A DNA stretch of 64,000 bases, from assembly GCF_009914755.1 (NCBI RefSeq), contig NC_060936.1. One strand, 5' to 3'. Each line of letters begins with the position of its first letter. Within the stretch, counting starts at the first letter, position 1. The notes below the pieces were generated by a model. The model worked only from the letters and a program-made list of their open reading frames with translations, did no database searches and was not told the DNA's origin. Of this stretch, positions 26,265 to 39,672 are shown piece by piece. This DNA comes from the human T2T-CHM13v2.0 reference genome, Homo sapiens. The translations under genes were made by a program, and so were the position numbers.

Positions 26265-29200
26265 GAGAATATTTTTAAGGCATATGAAGTGATTCGGTGG
26301 GATGAATTAGACCAGTTAAGTGGTCTTTTCCAAACTTAATATCAAATAATGTGAAATATGTTCTATGCTGCCTTAACTTTATAAAGTGGCCTTAGACCTA
26401 GCAGAGCAATTAGGCACTGGACTTTGGCTGAATAATTTTTTAAAAGCACAGGCCATACGTTGTTGCATTAACAGTAGTTCTCAGGCAATATTCAGACAAT
26501 CTCACTGCTTCTTGGATAGTAACTTATTCTCTTCTTTTCATCTCCATGTTTTCAGTATGTTAAAAATGTGCTAATTTATCATTTATTTTCACTTTTGTAG
26601 AAATAGACAAGGTAGTGAAAGGATAGTAATATCTAAATTCTGGTGAAGAAGAAAATTTATAATATACTTGTTTATGTAGGCATAATATTCATGTTAATAT
26701 GGGTTTATGATTTTTGACTTTAATAAAATATTTTTGTTACTTTGAAAAACTAATTCAGTACTCTCTCATCCTTCTAACAGAGTTATATGTATAAAGGTCA
26801 TGTTACATCCCCAGAAAATTTAAATGTCTTAGACTAAGTAGGTGTTACTACTAGTGTTAAAACAGAACCGAAGAAATTAACTACATTGTTAAAATGCAAC
26901 AGTAATTAAAGCAAACATCTAAGTGAAAGTATTTATAGATCCTACTGATGAGTTTAACAATGTTTCAAACATTCATTTTTAACACCTGTGCTATTAACTG
27001 TGGTTTACTAAATATAAGTCTTACCAAATCATTCTTCTCAATCACTGTGATCTAAAACAAGGCTTCATCTTGTGGTAATTATAATAGCTTCATTCTTCAT
27101 ATCACAATTATTTTGAAGTATATTCCATTCTAAGAAAATTAATATAAACATATACATATCAGGATAATTGTTCACAATTTAAAAAACTGTTTCATAAAAA
27201 GACTCATGATCACATCTTTGAAAAAAATATAAGCTCTTTCAACACACCTAAGTGTTATTTTACACATCATTAACTGCTTGATAGAGAGGAAGAAGTTGGG
27301 AACAGAAGAGAGAAATTTAGAGCTAATGTAATGAAATCACTAATATTTGAATATAAAAACAATATTTACTTGAAATTTATAAAATGGGCCAATAAGGAAA
27401 GATGGTTTTATTACCTGGAAATTTTAGAACAACATCTATGGTATAAAGTAAAATAAGTCTTTAGTTTATCTTATTAAAATAATTTAAGGTAGGTAGGTTT
27501 TGAAATTTTTCATATCTATCCTCAAGTCAGAATAATAGGTGATTATATATTTTTTTTCATTGCACAACTGTCAGCAGCATTAAATTCTGAGGTATGAGTT
27601 TTTATAGATGCCTATGGCAACTTAATACTCCTACAATCACAGGACTGGGAAACACAGATCAACAGCACACTGTGGTTGTAATCAACATGCAGATTAATGA
27701 ACAGAGCCATATTCACCAGGGAACACTAGAACAAAGACCAGTTGAGCATTTTAATTGCTAAGTTACTGCTAAGTCTCAATTCCCCATCAATCTCCATCCA
27801 TTATGACCATTGATGCATAGCAGACATTAAGAGGAAAACAATAACATAATGATTCATAAGTGCTAGGGTGCAAATAAATGGTTAGCTCTGGGAAAATCAT
27901 GGCTGTGATTATTTTGTGGCTCAGACTACCTAAAAGATCTAACCCGTTATTTCTAATTTTCATTGTTCTCTGAACCTGACCTGACTATATTTAATGAGTT
28001 GGTTTTAATGGAACTAATAGCACAGTAAAAGGTTAGTTGAACAATCTTTTCTTTAGCTACCTCCACATAGGCTTGAATTGTTCCTTAACTTACTTAGAAA
28101 ATCACAGCCAGAGAAATTAGAAATAAAAGGATTCATGAAATTATCTAAAATATTATCATCTTGTGAGGGCAAAACTGTTTCACAGTATGATTATGTATTG
28201 TTGGTGGAGTTATAACTAGGTACATTCAATGGCCTTAGTCTTTATTTTCTTTAACATTGACAGCTTAGTTTCTATCTTGGGGTTTCAAATAAATCCCCTA
28301 GAAGTCGACTTCCATGCAAACTACAGTACTGTTTTCTAATCTGGAAGAAATTTTCCACAGTTGCTTTGAAAGGCATAAAAATTATTATGATGTAGATTCA
28401 GCACTGTACTGGAGAATTTACCTGTGCTCTTTGAATCCTTACAACAACTTTTTGATGTAAATAATAAAGTTTGTGCCACATTCTCTACACCTTTCTAAAT
28501 CCTGGACACTAAGTCTGGACTGACTTTTGGGCATTTTTTTAATCAATCAATTTAGACATTTTTAGCTTACTTACTGATTATACATATGCCAAATATCAAC
28601 CTACTATTTTTTGGCTTATCTTAAAGGCAGGAACCTTTCACTTCAGTGGAGGATAGCTCTTTAAACTTGTTTTAGTTTACTTCCCTTGAATCTCTGCTCC
28701 CTTCTTGGATAGACATTCTCTAAAAGCTACTGCAGTTACATGGCCTCTATCCAGTGGACTTTCCCTGGGAAGCTAGAGCATATCACCAAGTCAGTATTCA
28801 GGAAAAGTTATACCTTGATTTATATAGGCTTTTCCTCTTTCATGGACTCTTCCTATACAATTTTAAAAATTTGATCGTCACCACAACCTTGTCAATTGGT
28901 TAGCGCAGATACTAGCCTTAATTTGCAAATTTAGAAGCTGAGAGTCACAATGCTGAAGTAAATGTCTAAGGTTTCAGACCAAATTCTTCTGATTCCGGTG
29001 TTCTTGCAGTGTTTTATAAGTCAGTGTGGAACATATTACAAAATGGTCTGCAGAGAAGAAACTACCGCAAACCACCATTCTTGCATTCACCCTAGTAGAA
29101 TGAACTCTACTTCCTTTAGTCCTCTAAGAAATTAGTATGGAATTTTAAATTTCTACTAGATTCCCCTCACAAGGTATCTCCTATATGAGAATCAGAATAT

Positions 29201-29651
29201 TTTCATGTCCCTGGGATGCTAATGTTTAAGGTGGACCTGGCAATGATGTGAGAGTTTAGCACAGAAATTAGTAGTCAGGAGACGACCTTCAGCCCAGGTT
29301 TTAACAAATATTTGCTCTAAGACTCTGGGCTAGTAGCTTAGCCTTTCTTGGTGTTATCTATAAATGGAGAGCACTTTTTAGGATCACGTGATTGGACCAG
29401 GCCCCTTTGAAAGTTCAACAAAATTAAGCAACCTTACATAAATTTTTATTTTTATGAATTATTAGTTCTTTCAGCTATCTCTTCTTGCCAATCTTTAAAA
29501 AATTATCTTCTATTACATTTATGCTAACTTGAGATTAATACATCTTTTCAAGACCTATCTGCGTCTTCGTATGGTGTATGATGTCCTTCTGTGTGCTCCT
29601 CTCTCAGAGACTAAGTTGGATCACTGGCCATTTAAAATTGATCATAGTGTA

Positions 29652-32096
29652 GAAGGTGGCTGGCAAGATGGCAGAATAGGAACAGCTCTGGTCTGCAGCT
29701 CCCAGCGAGATCAATGCAGAAGTGCAGAAGGTGGGTGATTTCTGCATTTCCAACTGAGGTACAAGGCTCATCTCACTGGGAACGGTTAGACAGTGGGTGC
29801 AGCCCACCGAGGGTGAGCCGAAGCAGGGTGGGGCAGGCATCGCCTTGCCCGGGAAGGGCAAGGGGGTCAGGGAACTCCCTCCCCTAGCCAAGGAAAGCCA
29901 TGGGGGACTGTGCCATGAGGAACAGTGCATTCCAGCCCAGATACTATGCTTTTCCCAAGGTCTTCACAACCCACATACCAGGACATTCCCTTGGGTGCCT
30001 ACACCACCAGCGCCCTGCGTTTCAAGCACAAAACTGGGCAGCCGTTTGGGCAGACACCGAGCTAGCTGCAGCAATTTTTTTTCATACCCCAGTGGCTCCT
30101 GGAATGCCAGTGAGACAGAACCATTCACTCCCCTGGAAAGGAGGCTGAAGCCAGGGAGCCCAGTGGTCTAGCTCAGCAGATCCCACCCCCACAGAGCCCA
30201 GCAAGCTAAGACCCACTGGCTTGAAATTCTTGCTGCCAGCACAGCAGCCTGAAGTCGGCCTGCAGCACTAGAACTTAGTGGGAGAAGGGACGTCTGCCAT
30301 TACTGAGGCTTGAGTAGGTGGTTTTCCCCTCACAGTGTAAACAAAGCCATCAGGAAGTTTGAACTGGGCAGAGCCCACTGCAGCTTGACAAAGCTGCTGT
30401 AGCCAGACTGCTTCTCTAGATTCCTCCTCTCTGGGCAGGGCATCTCTAAAAGAAAGGCAGCAACCCCAGTCATGGGCTTATATATAAAACTTCTATCTCC
30501 CTAGTACAGAGCACCTTGGGGGAAGGGGCAGCCATGGGGGCAGCTTCAGCAGACTTAAATATTCCTGCCTGCTGGCTCTGAAGAGAGCAGTGGATCTCCC
30601 AGCACAGTGCTTGAGCTCTGCTAAGGGACAGACTGCCTCCTCAAGTGGGTCCCTGACCCCCATACCTCCTGACTGGGAGACACCTCCCAGCAGGGGTCGA
30701 CAGACACATCATACAGGAGAGCTCCAGCTGGCATCTGGCAGGTGCCCCTCTGGGATGAAGCTTCCAGAGGAAGGAACAGACAGCAATCTTTGCTGTTCTG
30801 CAGCCTCCACTGGTGATACCCAGGTAAACAGGATCTGGAGTGGACCTCCAGCAAACTCCAGCAGATCTGTAGCAGAAGGACCTGACTGTTAGAAGAAAAA
30901 TTAACAAGCAGGAATAGCATCAACATCAACAAAAAGGATGTCCACACAAAAACCCCATCCAAAGGTCACCAACATCAAAGACCAAAGATAGATAAATCCA
31001 CAAAGATGAGGAAAAACCAGTGCAAAAAGGCTGAACATTCCAAAACCAGAATGCCTCTTCTCTTCCAAAGGATCACAGCTCCTCGCCAGCAAGGGAACAA
31101 AACTGGATGGAGAATGAGTTTGACAAATTGACAGAAGTAGGCTTCAGAAGGTGGGTAATATCAAACTCCTCCAAGCTAAAGGAGGATGTTCTAACGCAAT
31201 GCAAGGAAGCTAAGAACCTTGAAAAAAGGTTAGACGAATTGCTAACTAGTATAACCAGTTTAAAGCAGAACATAAATGACCTGATGGAGCTGGAAAACAC
31301 AGCACAAGAACTTCGGGAAGCATGCACAAGTATCAGTAGCTGAATTGATCAAGTGGAAGAAAGGATATCAGAGATTGAAGATCAACTTAATGAAATAAAG
31401 CGAGAAGACAAGATTAGAGAAAAAAGAATGAAAAGGAATGAACAAAGCCTCCAAGAAACATGGGACTATGAGAAAAGACCAAATCTATATTTGATTGGTG
31501 TACTTGAAAGTGATGGGGAGAATGGAACCAAGTTGGAAAACACTCTTCAGGATATTATCCAGGAGAACTTCCCCAACCTAGCAAGACAGGCCAACATTCA
31601 AATTCAGGAAATACAGAGAACACCTCAAAGATACTCCTTGAGAAAAGCAACCCCAAGACACATAATCGTCAGATTCACCAAGGTTGAAATGAAGGAAAAA
31701 ATGTTAAGCGCAGCCAGAGAAAAAGGTCGGGTTACCCACAAAGGGAAGCCAATCAGACTAACAGCGAATCTCTCTGCAGAAACCCCAGGGATGTGGATGA
31801 AGCTGGAAACCATCATTCTCAGCAAACTAACACAAGAACAGAAAACCAAACACCACCTGTTCTCATAAGTGGGAGCTGAATAATGAGAATACATGGACAC
31901 AGGTGGGGGTGGGCATCACATACCGGGGCCTGTTGGGGGGTGGGGCCTGGGGGAGGGATAGCATTAGGAGAAATACCTAATGTAGATGACGGGTTGATGG
32001 GTGCAGCAAACCACCATGGCATGTGTATACCTATGTAACAAACCTGCACATTCTGCACATGTGTCCCAAAACTTAAAGTATAATAATAATAATAAA
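29652..32096 (+). mobile_element. L1PA7/8-like element with complete 5'UTR, partial ORF1, about 4-kb internal deletion and 3'UTR
   Basis: 5' 'ggtggctggcaagatggc'; ORF1 peptides; abrupt join at about 31785 from ORF1 (LSAETP) to the ORF2 C-terminus (GMWMKLETIILSKL); (TAA)n tail. Confidence 0.95.
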
Positions 32097-32245
32097 TACT
32101 CAGAGAAGTTCCAAAATAGGATTTATATATAGAATTTATATATTTGTATATAGGATTTGGAACTATATATATGTATATAAACATGAAAATGTATGTTTAT
32201 ATATGTCTATAAAGAGTGAAACAATTAAACTTCTTCTATTAAAAA
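32097..32245 (+). other. Putative L1 3' transduction
   Basis: Non-L1 sequence between the L1 tail and the right TSD copy (aatattgatcatagtata 32244-32261 vs aaaattgatcatagtgta 29634-29651); ATTAAA at 32224-32229 then a short A-run. Confidence 0.75.
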
Positions 32246-33674
32246 TATTGATCATAGTATAATAATATTATGTACTTTCATTTTCAACCTGAGAGTCATT
32301 GAACTATAAACACCATGTCAAGTTATCTTCAACCCATGGAATTGGATTTTTAGATTATTTTCCTGCTTGTATATTTATACATTTTTTTCTGTGCTCCTAT
32401 TTTTAACCTTAGAGTCTCTGTCCTTTGCTGTATGTGCTATACCTTTGAATTAAGAAACATCTGTGAATTTAATTAATGTGCTGTTGATTCCCACCCTTTT
32501 CCAAGTCATTAATGAGGAGGTTAAAACAGAACAGACTAGGGTTTATTTCACGTCCCAAGAGACTTTTTTGGAAAAACCTTCCCCATAGCGTTTTTATTTA
32601 TTTGCATTGGTTTAGAGAATTTATGCTGTATGGAAGTGAATGTATTTCAGAAATACAATATATGAAATGTTAAAGGAATATTTTGATCATATGTTTTTAG
32701 TTATGTCTCATAATTTTCATACTTCTCTGATAGAGATTGTACTCTGTGGTTGAGTAGAATATATATTTTGGAGGAAATCAATGAGTTGGCACATGAAGGG
32801 GGTAGATCTTGCAGTCAGTGGTATTACCCTCAACATTCTACAAACACATGAACTCTTTGGAATGCAGAATAGCCTGAGATTTCTTCCATGAAGATGTGGG
32901 AGGCAGGAAGATACTCTGATCATAAGCATATACAATAATCAATGAACCATTAAAGTTTATGCTATTAGAATTGCTGTTAGCTGAGCAGATACTTTATAAA
33001 ACCAGAAATTTATATTTATGGTTCTTATATTTATTTTTAATAATACATACACAATACACATATAAGTGTTGATCAAAATTGACAATGAGGAGAGCAATTA
33101 GCCAATATACCAACTATCTTCTTAGTTTTCAAGAGCAAAATGAAGTACTGCAGAAAAGATAGGATGTAAAGTGCAGATTTATAAATTGCTCCCTTTCAAA
33201 AACACAACTGAAAGTTTTGAATGCCAAAAAAAAAATTAGCTTCAAAATCAGAGAATGATTTTTTTCTTCCATTTATATTGCTTGGACTACCTGCCAAACA
33301 CACTATAATTTGCAGCAAAAAGAAGGTAAAATCCAAGAAATAGTTTGGACTTCCACAAACACCACTGCCTACACAGACAACACATAAAACATACTTTTCA
33401 AGAGTGCTCTACTGCTTCTGCAAATTAAGGAATGACTGGGTGAGGGGCATGGACAACAACAGAAAGAAGGTTATATTCCATTTGGAAGCTACCGTCCTCA
33501 GAGCATTATTAATGTCATACTGACATTTTAATGAGAGAATTTCTGGAGAATATATGTGACCAGAGCTTTCCATTAATTTTTTTCTGTCTTCACTCTCTAA
33601 TAATTGCAGAGTGTATTCAAATAAAGAATAGAATTTCTACCTTACCTGGAAGGACAATATCTAGCATAAAGAGC

Positions 33675-33945
33675 TGTATTAGTTTCCTTGGGCTTCTATC
33701 TAACTCCAACCTTCGATTCCTTCTCCACATGGCCTCATCTCTTTCTCTCTGTGTGTCTCTCCTCTGTATATCCTTGCCAAGACATTTATCATTGAATTTA
33801 GGGCCCACCCAGATAATCCAAACTTTTCTCATTTAAGTATCCTTAACTGAATTACATTTGCAAAAGCCCTCCCCTACTTTCCAAATAAGATCACATTCCC
33901 AGGTTTGTGGACATATCTATTGAATGCTACCATTCAACTGACTAT
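33675..33945 (-). mobile_element. MLT1C-like LTR, internally deleted
   Basis: 'tgtattagtttcct..ttgaatttagggcccacccagataatcca..ttacatttgcaaa..tttccaaataagatcacattc'. Confidence 0.7.
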
Positions 33946-33992
33946 AAAAGCACAAAGCAGAAGAGTGAAAAAGAATATTGCAAAGTCATGTT

Positions 33993-34296
33993 TCTTTTTT
34001 TTTTTTTTTTTTTTTTTTTGAGATGTAGTCTCACTCTGTCACCGTGGCTGGAGTGCAGTGGCGTGATGGCTCACTGCAACCTCCGCCTCCTGGGTTCAAG
34101 TGATTTTCCTGCCTCAGTCTCCTGAGTAGCTGGGATTACAGCCACACACCACCACACCCGGCTAATTTTTGTACTTTTAGTAGAGATGGGGTTTCACCAT
34201 ATTGGCCAGGCTGGTCTCGAACTCCTGACCTCATAATCCGCCCACCTTGGCCTCCCACAGTGCTGGGATTACAGCCATGAGCCACCACGCCCGGCC
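33993..34296 (-). mobile_element. AluSg-like
   Basis: Full Alu with poly-T; approximate TSD caaagtcatgttt / caaagccattttt. Confidence 0.95.
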
Positions 34297-35453
34297 TTCC
34301 AAAGCCATTTTTACAACTAAAGGCCATCAACAGCAGGGAACTGCCAGGACAAGATGTGTAGTCACATGAAATTAATAGAATCCACACTTTTCAAAATAAA
34401 CTTTTTATTGAAATTGGGAGTTTGTCCCAAGGTGGGAAATCAAATTTATTAGAAACCTTAATTAGGTGGTAAATGCTCCCAATTCAGTAGGTTAAACATA
34501 ACTTTCAGATAGAATTTTAACAAACGTAGAGACAAAGAATATGCAGATATAAAATTCCATAACTGTGGCTGCTGGTGGTCTTAGTTTCTTCTTTATCTCC
34601 TTCAGGTTACTGGATAGGTGAAACCTTAACAGCCAGCTCTCCAACTCAAGTTTGAAAGAGAACAGAAAATTTATACTCAGGTGTAACAGATTATAGATAT
34701 AAATGGAATATACCTACTCTTTCGCAAGTAAATACCAGTTGCTGATTAATTTGCACACTTTCAGAGAGATGTAAGTAGAGACAAAGTCACCCCAACATTG
34801 AATCTATTAAAAAATACTGCAACACAAAGAAGGAAAGCAACACCAGCCTGCAAAAGAAAAGCATAGAGCTCACATTAGGAAAACATATACTTCTAGACAT
34901 TTTTGAAAATGAGATTCATTGAATTCAACAAATACTGAGCTTCCTATTTGTGATAAGCATGTACCAGTGACTGGGATGACAGCAATGAAAGAAGAAAAAC
35001 AGATAAATACAAATTGGGAAGTTAGAAAATAAAAATAGAATAAGTTTGGCTTAGAAAAGTGCTAAGAAGAGAAATAAAACAGAATAAGTGGAGAGTAAGA
35101 GGTGCAATTTTGCATGGGGCAGTTAAGATAGATTGCAAGTGGTTTACACTCTCAAATGGATTATATGAAACAAGAAATAAAACTCTAAATGAAGTGAAAA
35201 AGGAGTTAAGAGAACTAAGAAAAAAACTAAAAGGGCAAAACATATAAAATTAATCATTCAAAAAATAGGCACAGGAAACTGCTAAATCAATGCTACCAAT
35301 AGAAAAATACGGACAGTAATAAAGACGTTTAAAGAATAAGCCAGAATAGAGAGAAAAATGACAATGCTAAAAATAAAATGAATATAAACATTGGCATGTG
35401 CAGTGTGGCACCAGCAGGTGGACACTAATTGGTCTTAAAGTGTTGATTCTTAA

Positions 35454-35813
35454 GTGTCTTCTATTGTACTGCTACAAAAGAATACCATAGACTGATGTCT
35501 TAAAAAACAAACTTCTATTTCTAGAGACTAGCAGTCTGAGATAAGGGTGCCAGAAGAGTTGGGTTCTTTGTGAGGGGCCTTTGCCAACTTATGTCCTCTA
35601 TATCCTCACATGGTCTTCCTTGTTGCCTGTGTGGAGAGAGAAGAAAGAAATCTTGCGCCTCTTCCTCTTTTTATAAGAGGACTAATTCTGTTTATGAGAG
35701 CTCCACCCTCCTGGCCTAATTGCCTTCCAAAAGCTCCCCTTCCAAATACCTTCATATTGGAGATTAGGTTCCAACATATGAAATTTGGGGGACACAAACA
35801 TTCAGTTCATAAC
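35454..35813 (-). mobile_element. MLT1A/MST-like LTR
   Basis: Ends 'gaaatttgggggacacaaacattcagttcataaca'. Confidence 0.8.
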
Positions 35814-36769
35814 ACTAAGATTTCTTCCGCTTTTAATGTTTGAGGCAACAAGGACTTGAACCAGTGTGATGGTTAGGGAAATGGTAAGACCAAGTTGGAA
35901 CTTTTGTGTTAAATGCTATCCTTCAAGACTTCTTGCACATGTCAATTTATATATACAACCTTTTTGCTCTGCTTCATCTCTCACTGAAGTAAGGCTCTTG
36001 AACAATATTGAAAAGATTTTTTTTTAAATGGGACACTACTTGAGGGCAAGATTGGAGTCTCCTATATTTTTATCCTCTGGACAGAGCATGAATCAGAATA
36101 AGTGTTAGAGTAAGTGCTGAAATAAGAACTATAAAATATGTCAAATACTGGATGAAAAAAATAATACTTTGATTTTTATTTCAAAGCACACTCTCATACA
36201 CAGCTGCACTTTAAATGAAGGATAGTAAACTTAACTAAATGCCTCACCTTTGCAGTAAGAAAACTGCCTTTGAATCCCCAATACCTTTTACTAGATGCCT
36301 AATTCAAGGAAAATTAATTTGCCTATTAGTCCTTCAGTTTTATTATCTGTAAATTGGTCTTTTGTGAGGAACCTGGCATATAATAAACACCCCATAAACA
36401 ATAATCCTGACAGCGGCTATCTACTATTTTTATCTTAAAGCTGGGAAAACAGATATTCAGAGAGTTTTGGTGACCTGTTAATGTCACTGAGTAGGTAGGT
36501 AACTCAGGAAAGGCTAGAATCCAGATGCTTAGATTTCTAGTTTAGTTTTATGTACACATTATGGGGGGAGGCAAGGAAGAAGAAGGAATTGATAGTGACC
36601 ATAATATTGTATATGTATTTGAATGATAGAATCTTGATTTTTAAATGTCATAGAGGAATCTTAACATAAAGACTTTTTAGGGAAACAAAGTATGGGATGG
36701 ATAATGAGTTTGATTTTTGGAAAGTTGAATTGGAAATTTTGCCACTAGATAATAATAGAGATGGCCATA

Positions 36770-37360
36770 TCATGCTCAATGGCTTTTCATTGCATGAGCA
36801 ATAAAATATGAAGCCCTTTCAATGGCCTAGAAAATGTAGGTTAACTGCATCATATCTGTGTATATTGTGTTATATCTTCCTTCTTTGATCGCCTTTCTCC
36901 GTTTTCTGCACACCTCTTTCTTGACATTTTGGGATTATGCCGGGCCTGTTTTTATAATCTGTAACAGGCTGCTCTATCTTCCTAAATTGCTTTTCTTCCC
37001 AATGTTTGCATAAATATTCTTTCCCCCAGCTTCACTTCATGAAGATTATTTTCAAAGACCATCTCCTCAGAAAGGTCTTTCATTATAACCGTCTCTATAA
37101 TGCCCATCACCTTTACTATCTCTCCTCTTATCTTGCTTTGTTTTTCTTCAAAGCAGTTGTCACAAACTGAACATAAGTTACTCTGTGTGTGTGCATGTGT
37201 GCATGTGTGTGTGCACGTGTGCAGAGGCATGTGTGTCTGTTTCACTAGACTGTAAACTCTATGAGGATAGGGGCTTTGCCTTGCCATCACTATATCTCCA
37301 TACCTTTAGTACCTGACATTTACTAAGTGCTCAATAACTGTGTGTTGAATAAATAAATAT
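36770..37360 (+). mobile_element. L2 3' end with embedded TG/CA-rich simple repeat
   Basis: 'cactagactgtaaactctatgagg..aagtgctcaataactgtgtgttgaataaataaa'. Confidence 0.7.
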
Positions 37361-38392
37361 GTAAATAAATACGTGAATGGCACAAGCATTTAAGACTAAT
37401 ATCCTCCACCAAGATGTAGTGTTGGTGACTGAGATGCCTTATTCATGCCTTACATCTTTGCTTTTCAGTTGCTTGCTTAACTCATACAGAAAAAGTATAG
37501 GCCTTCTCTGTTCACATTGTTTTTCACAATTCTTAAAATATGGACTCCCCAGTAGGGAGGAAGCACAGTAGCACAACTTATCATGCACACACACACACAC
37601 AAAATCTAACCACCCAAATCCCATTTCATTTCCTTTTTGTGCATCCTTCTTCAGTTAAATTTTTTAAACAGTCAACACATTACTATATTAAAAACAAATA
37701 CAAAATCTTTTAAGTAAAGACTGGGTTAAAAATCTGTTTGTGAATGTGAGGTTGCTTATTATGCTTTCTCTGCTCTCTTTAAATAGGACTCAGTCAGCTC
37801 AATTAGTTTATCAAACACTGGAAAATCCCTAAGGTGTCTAAATATAAGCAGCATCATTTCCTGAATATTTAATTCCTAAAAACAGGACGATAGTCATAGT
37901 ATTCACATTCTCTAATCTACTGTGTTCTGGAAATCTTGTAATCAATGATATAGCAAGAGAAAAGTACCCTTGATTCCCAGACATGTTTCAACATTTACAA
38001 AATGTATTGCTTAGAATTTCATTTTTCTTCTTTCACTTCAGGCTGGCATATTTTCAGAATCTAGATATTTGTTTTAAGAAAAAACTTTTCTGAATACTCC
38101 AACAAAGCAGGAATAGCATCTGTCTTATTCAGAATTTATCAGAAGGCCTGGCATAAAAGAGGATTTAATGTATATCTGAGGAGTAAAGGAGTAAATAAAT
38201 GTATACTACATGAAAGAATAAAAGCAATTCAGCTTAATATTAAAAAATATTTTTAACATTTTGATTTTTCTAATTGTCTATTGCTTTTCTATTCCTTTTT
38301 TATAATTACACATATTTAATTTTATTGTACCTGAGTTTTTATTTTACCCCATATCAAATTCTTTTAGAAGCAAGATTATACCTCAATCAAAT

Positions 38393-38745
38393 TGATATGG
38401 TTTGGCTGTGTCTCCACCCAAATCTCATCTTGAATTCCCGTCTGCTGTGGGAGGGACTGTGTGGAAGGTTATTGAATCATGGGGGTGGATCTTTCCCACA
38501 CTGTTCTTGTGATGGTGAATAAGTCTTATGAGATCTGATGGTTTTATAAGGGGGAGTTTCCCCGCACAAGTTCTCTTCTTTTGCCTGCTGCCATCCACAT
38601 AAGATGTAACTTGCTTCTCCTTGCCTTCCGCCATGATTGTGAGGCTGAGGTCCTGTGGAAGTGTAAGTCCATTAAAACTTTTTCCTGTATAAATTACCCA
38701 GTCTTGGGTATATCTTTATTAGCAGCATGAAAACAGACTGATACA
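38393..38745 (+). mobile_element. THE1C-like solo LTR
   Basis: tgatatggtttggctgtgtctccacccaaatctcatc ... aaacagactgataca. Confidence 0.9.
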
Positions 38746-39672
38746 GTAAACATTAACCTTTTCTGCCTTCACCCATATTTTTATGTTACCAATTATTTGG
38801 GTTTTAATTTAGTACCTTGAACTCTTAATACTTTAACAGGACCAAGTTTAAAATTAGCCTACTGGATACCTTTTATCTTTTTAAATCCAACTATTGACAT
38901 ATATGTAAATTTTATTCTGTAACAAGTTTTCATTGTTCTTTGTGTTATTAAAATAATTATAAATAAATGGTTTAATGGGAACATTAGTGTATCAATTAAT
39001 ACTTTGAGTTGTTCAAAGGAATGCTTTCAAATCCCTTACTTGTGGGATGGAGAAGGCCATATTTCTCCCTGAATTTTATTATTATTTCTGCATAAACTAC
39101 TGAGGGAATGTTTGACTCTGAAACTCAGATCAGGAGTGATTGGTATTCATTTGTATTAAATATTTTAGAAAGTGACAATAATTTCTGACTTCCAAAAAGA
39201 ATTTCCCCAGGCATGTAAAAAGCAATTAAAAAACCCACATAGTTGAATGATCTAACACGACTTAAAATTCATAATAAAAGTTTTTAGGGAAAATACATAA
39301 ATTTTAACATAATATATATTTGAGAATAAATTGTAAACACTGGCTTTTAAAAGACTCCAAATTGAACCTTCTTTAGTGTCTATGCTTAAGTGATGTGTGC
39401 TTATATTTTTAGGACCTCATTTACCTGAACCACTCCTCACCCATGATCAATAGTGGCTATGGTGGAGGTAATCCTACCCTGTTGACCATACTTGATATTT
39501 CTAGAAGTGACAGCAAATACAAATGTGGCCAGTTAGTTCCCCAGGAATTTAGGCCCCAAGGACATCTGTGTTTTCTACCATGATGTGCACAGAGAGAGAA
39601 AAAGATACAGAGAAGCAGTGAATAGAGAGGTAGAGATGTTGAGACAGTTATGCTCCCTGGTTCTCATTTCTG

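Noticed and set aside
27540-28030. Homeobox/POU-like motifs (atgcagattaatg, taattg) suggesting a conserved enhancer
   Set aside because: Such motifs are common in AT-rich DNA; cannot be supported without conservation data
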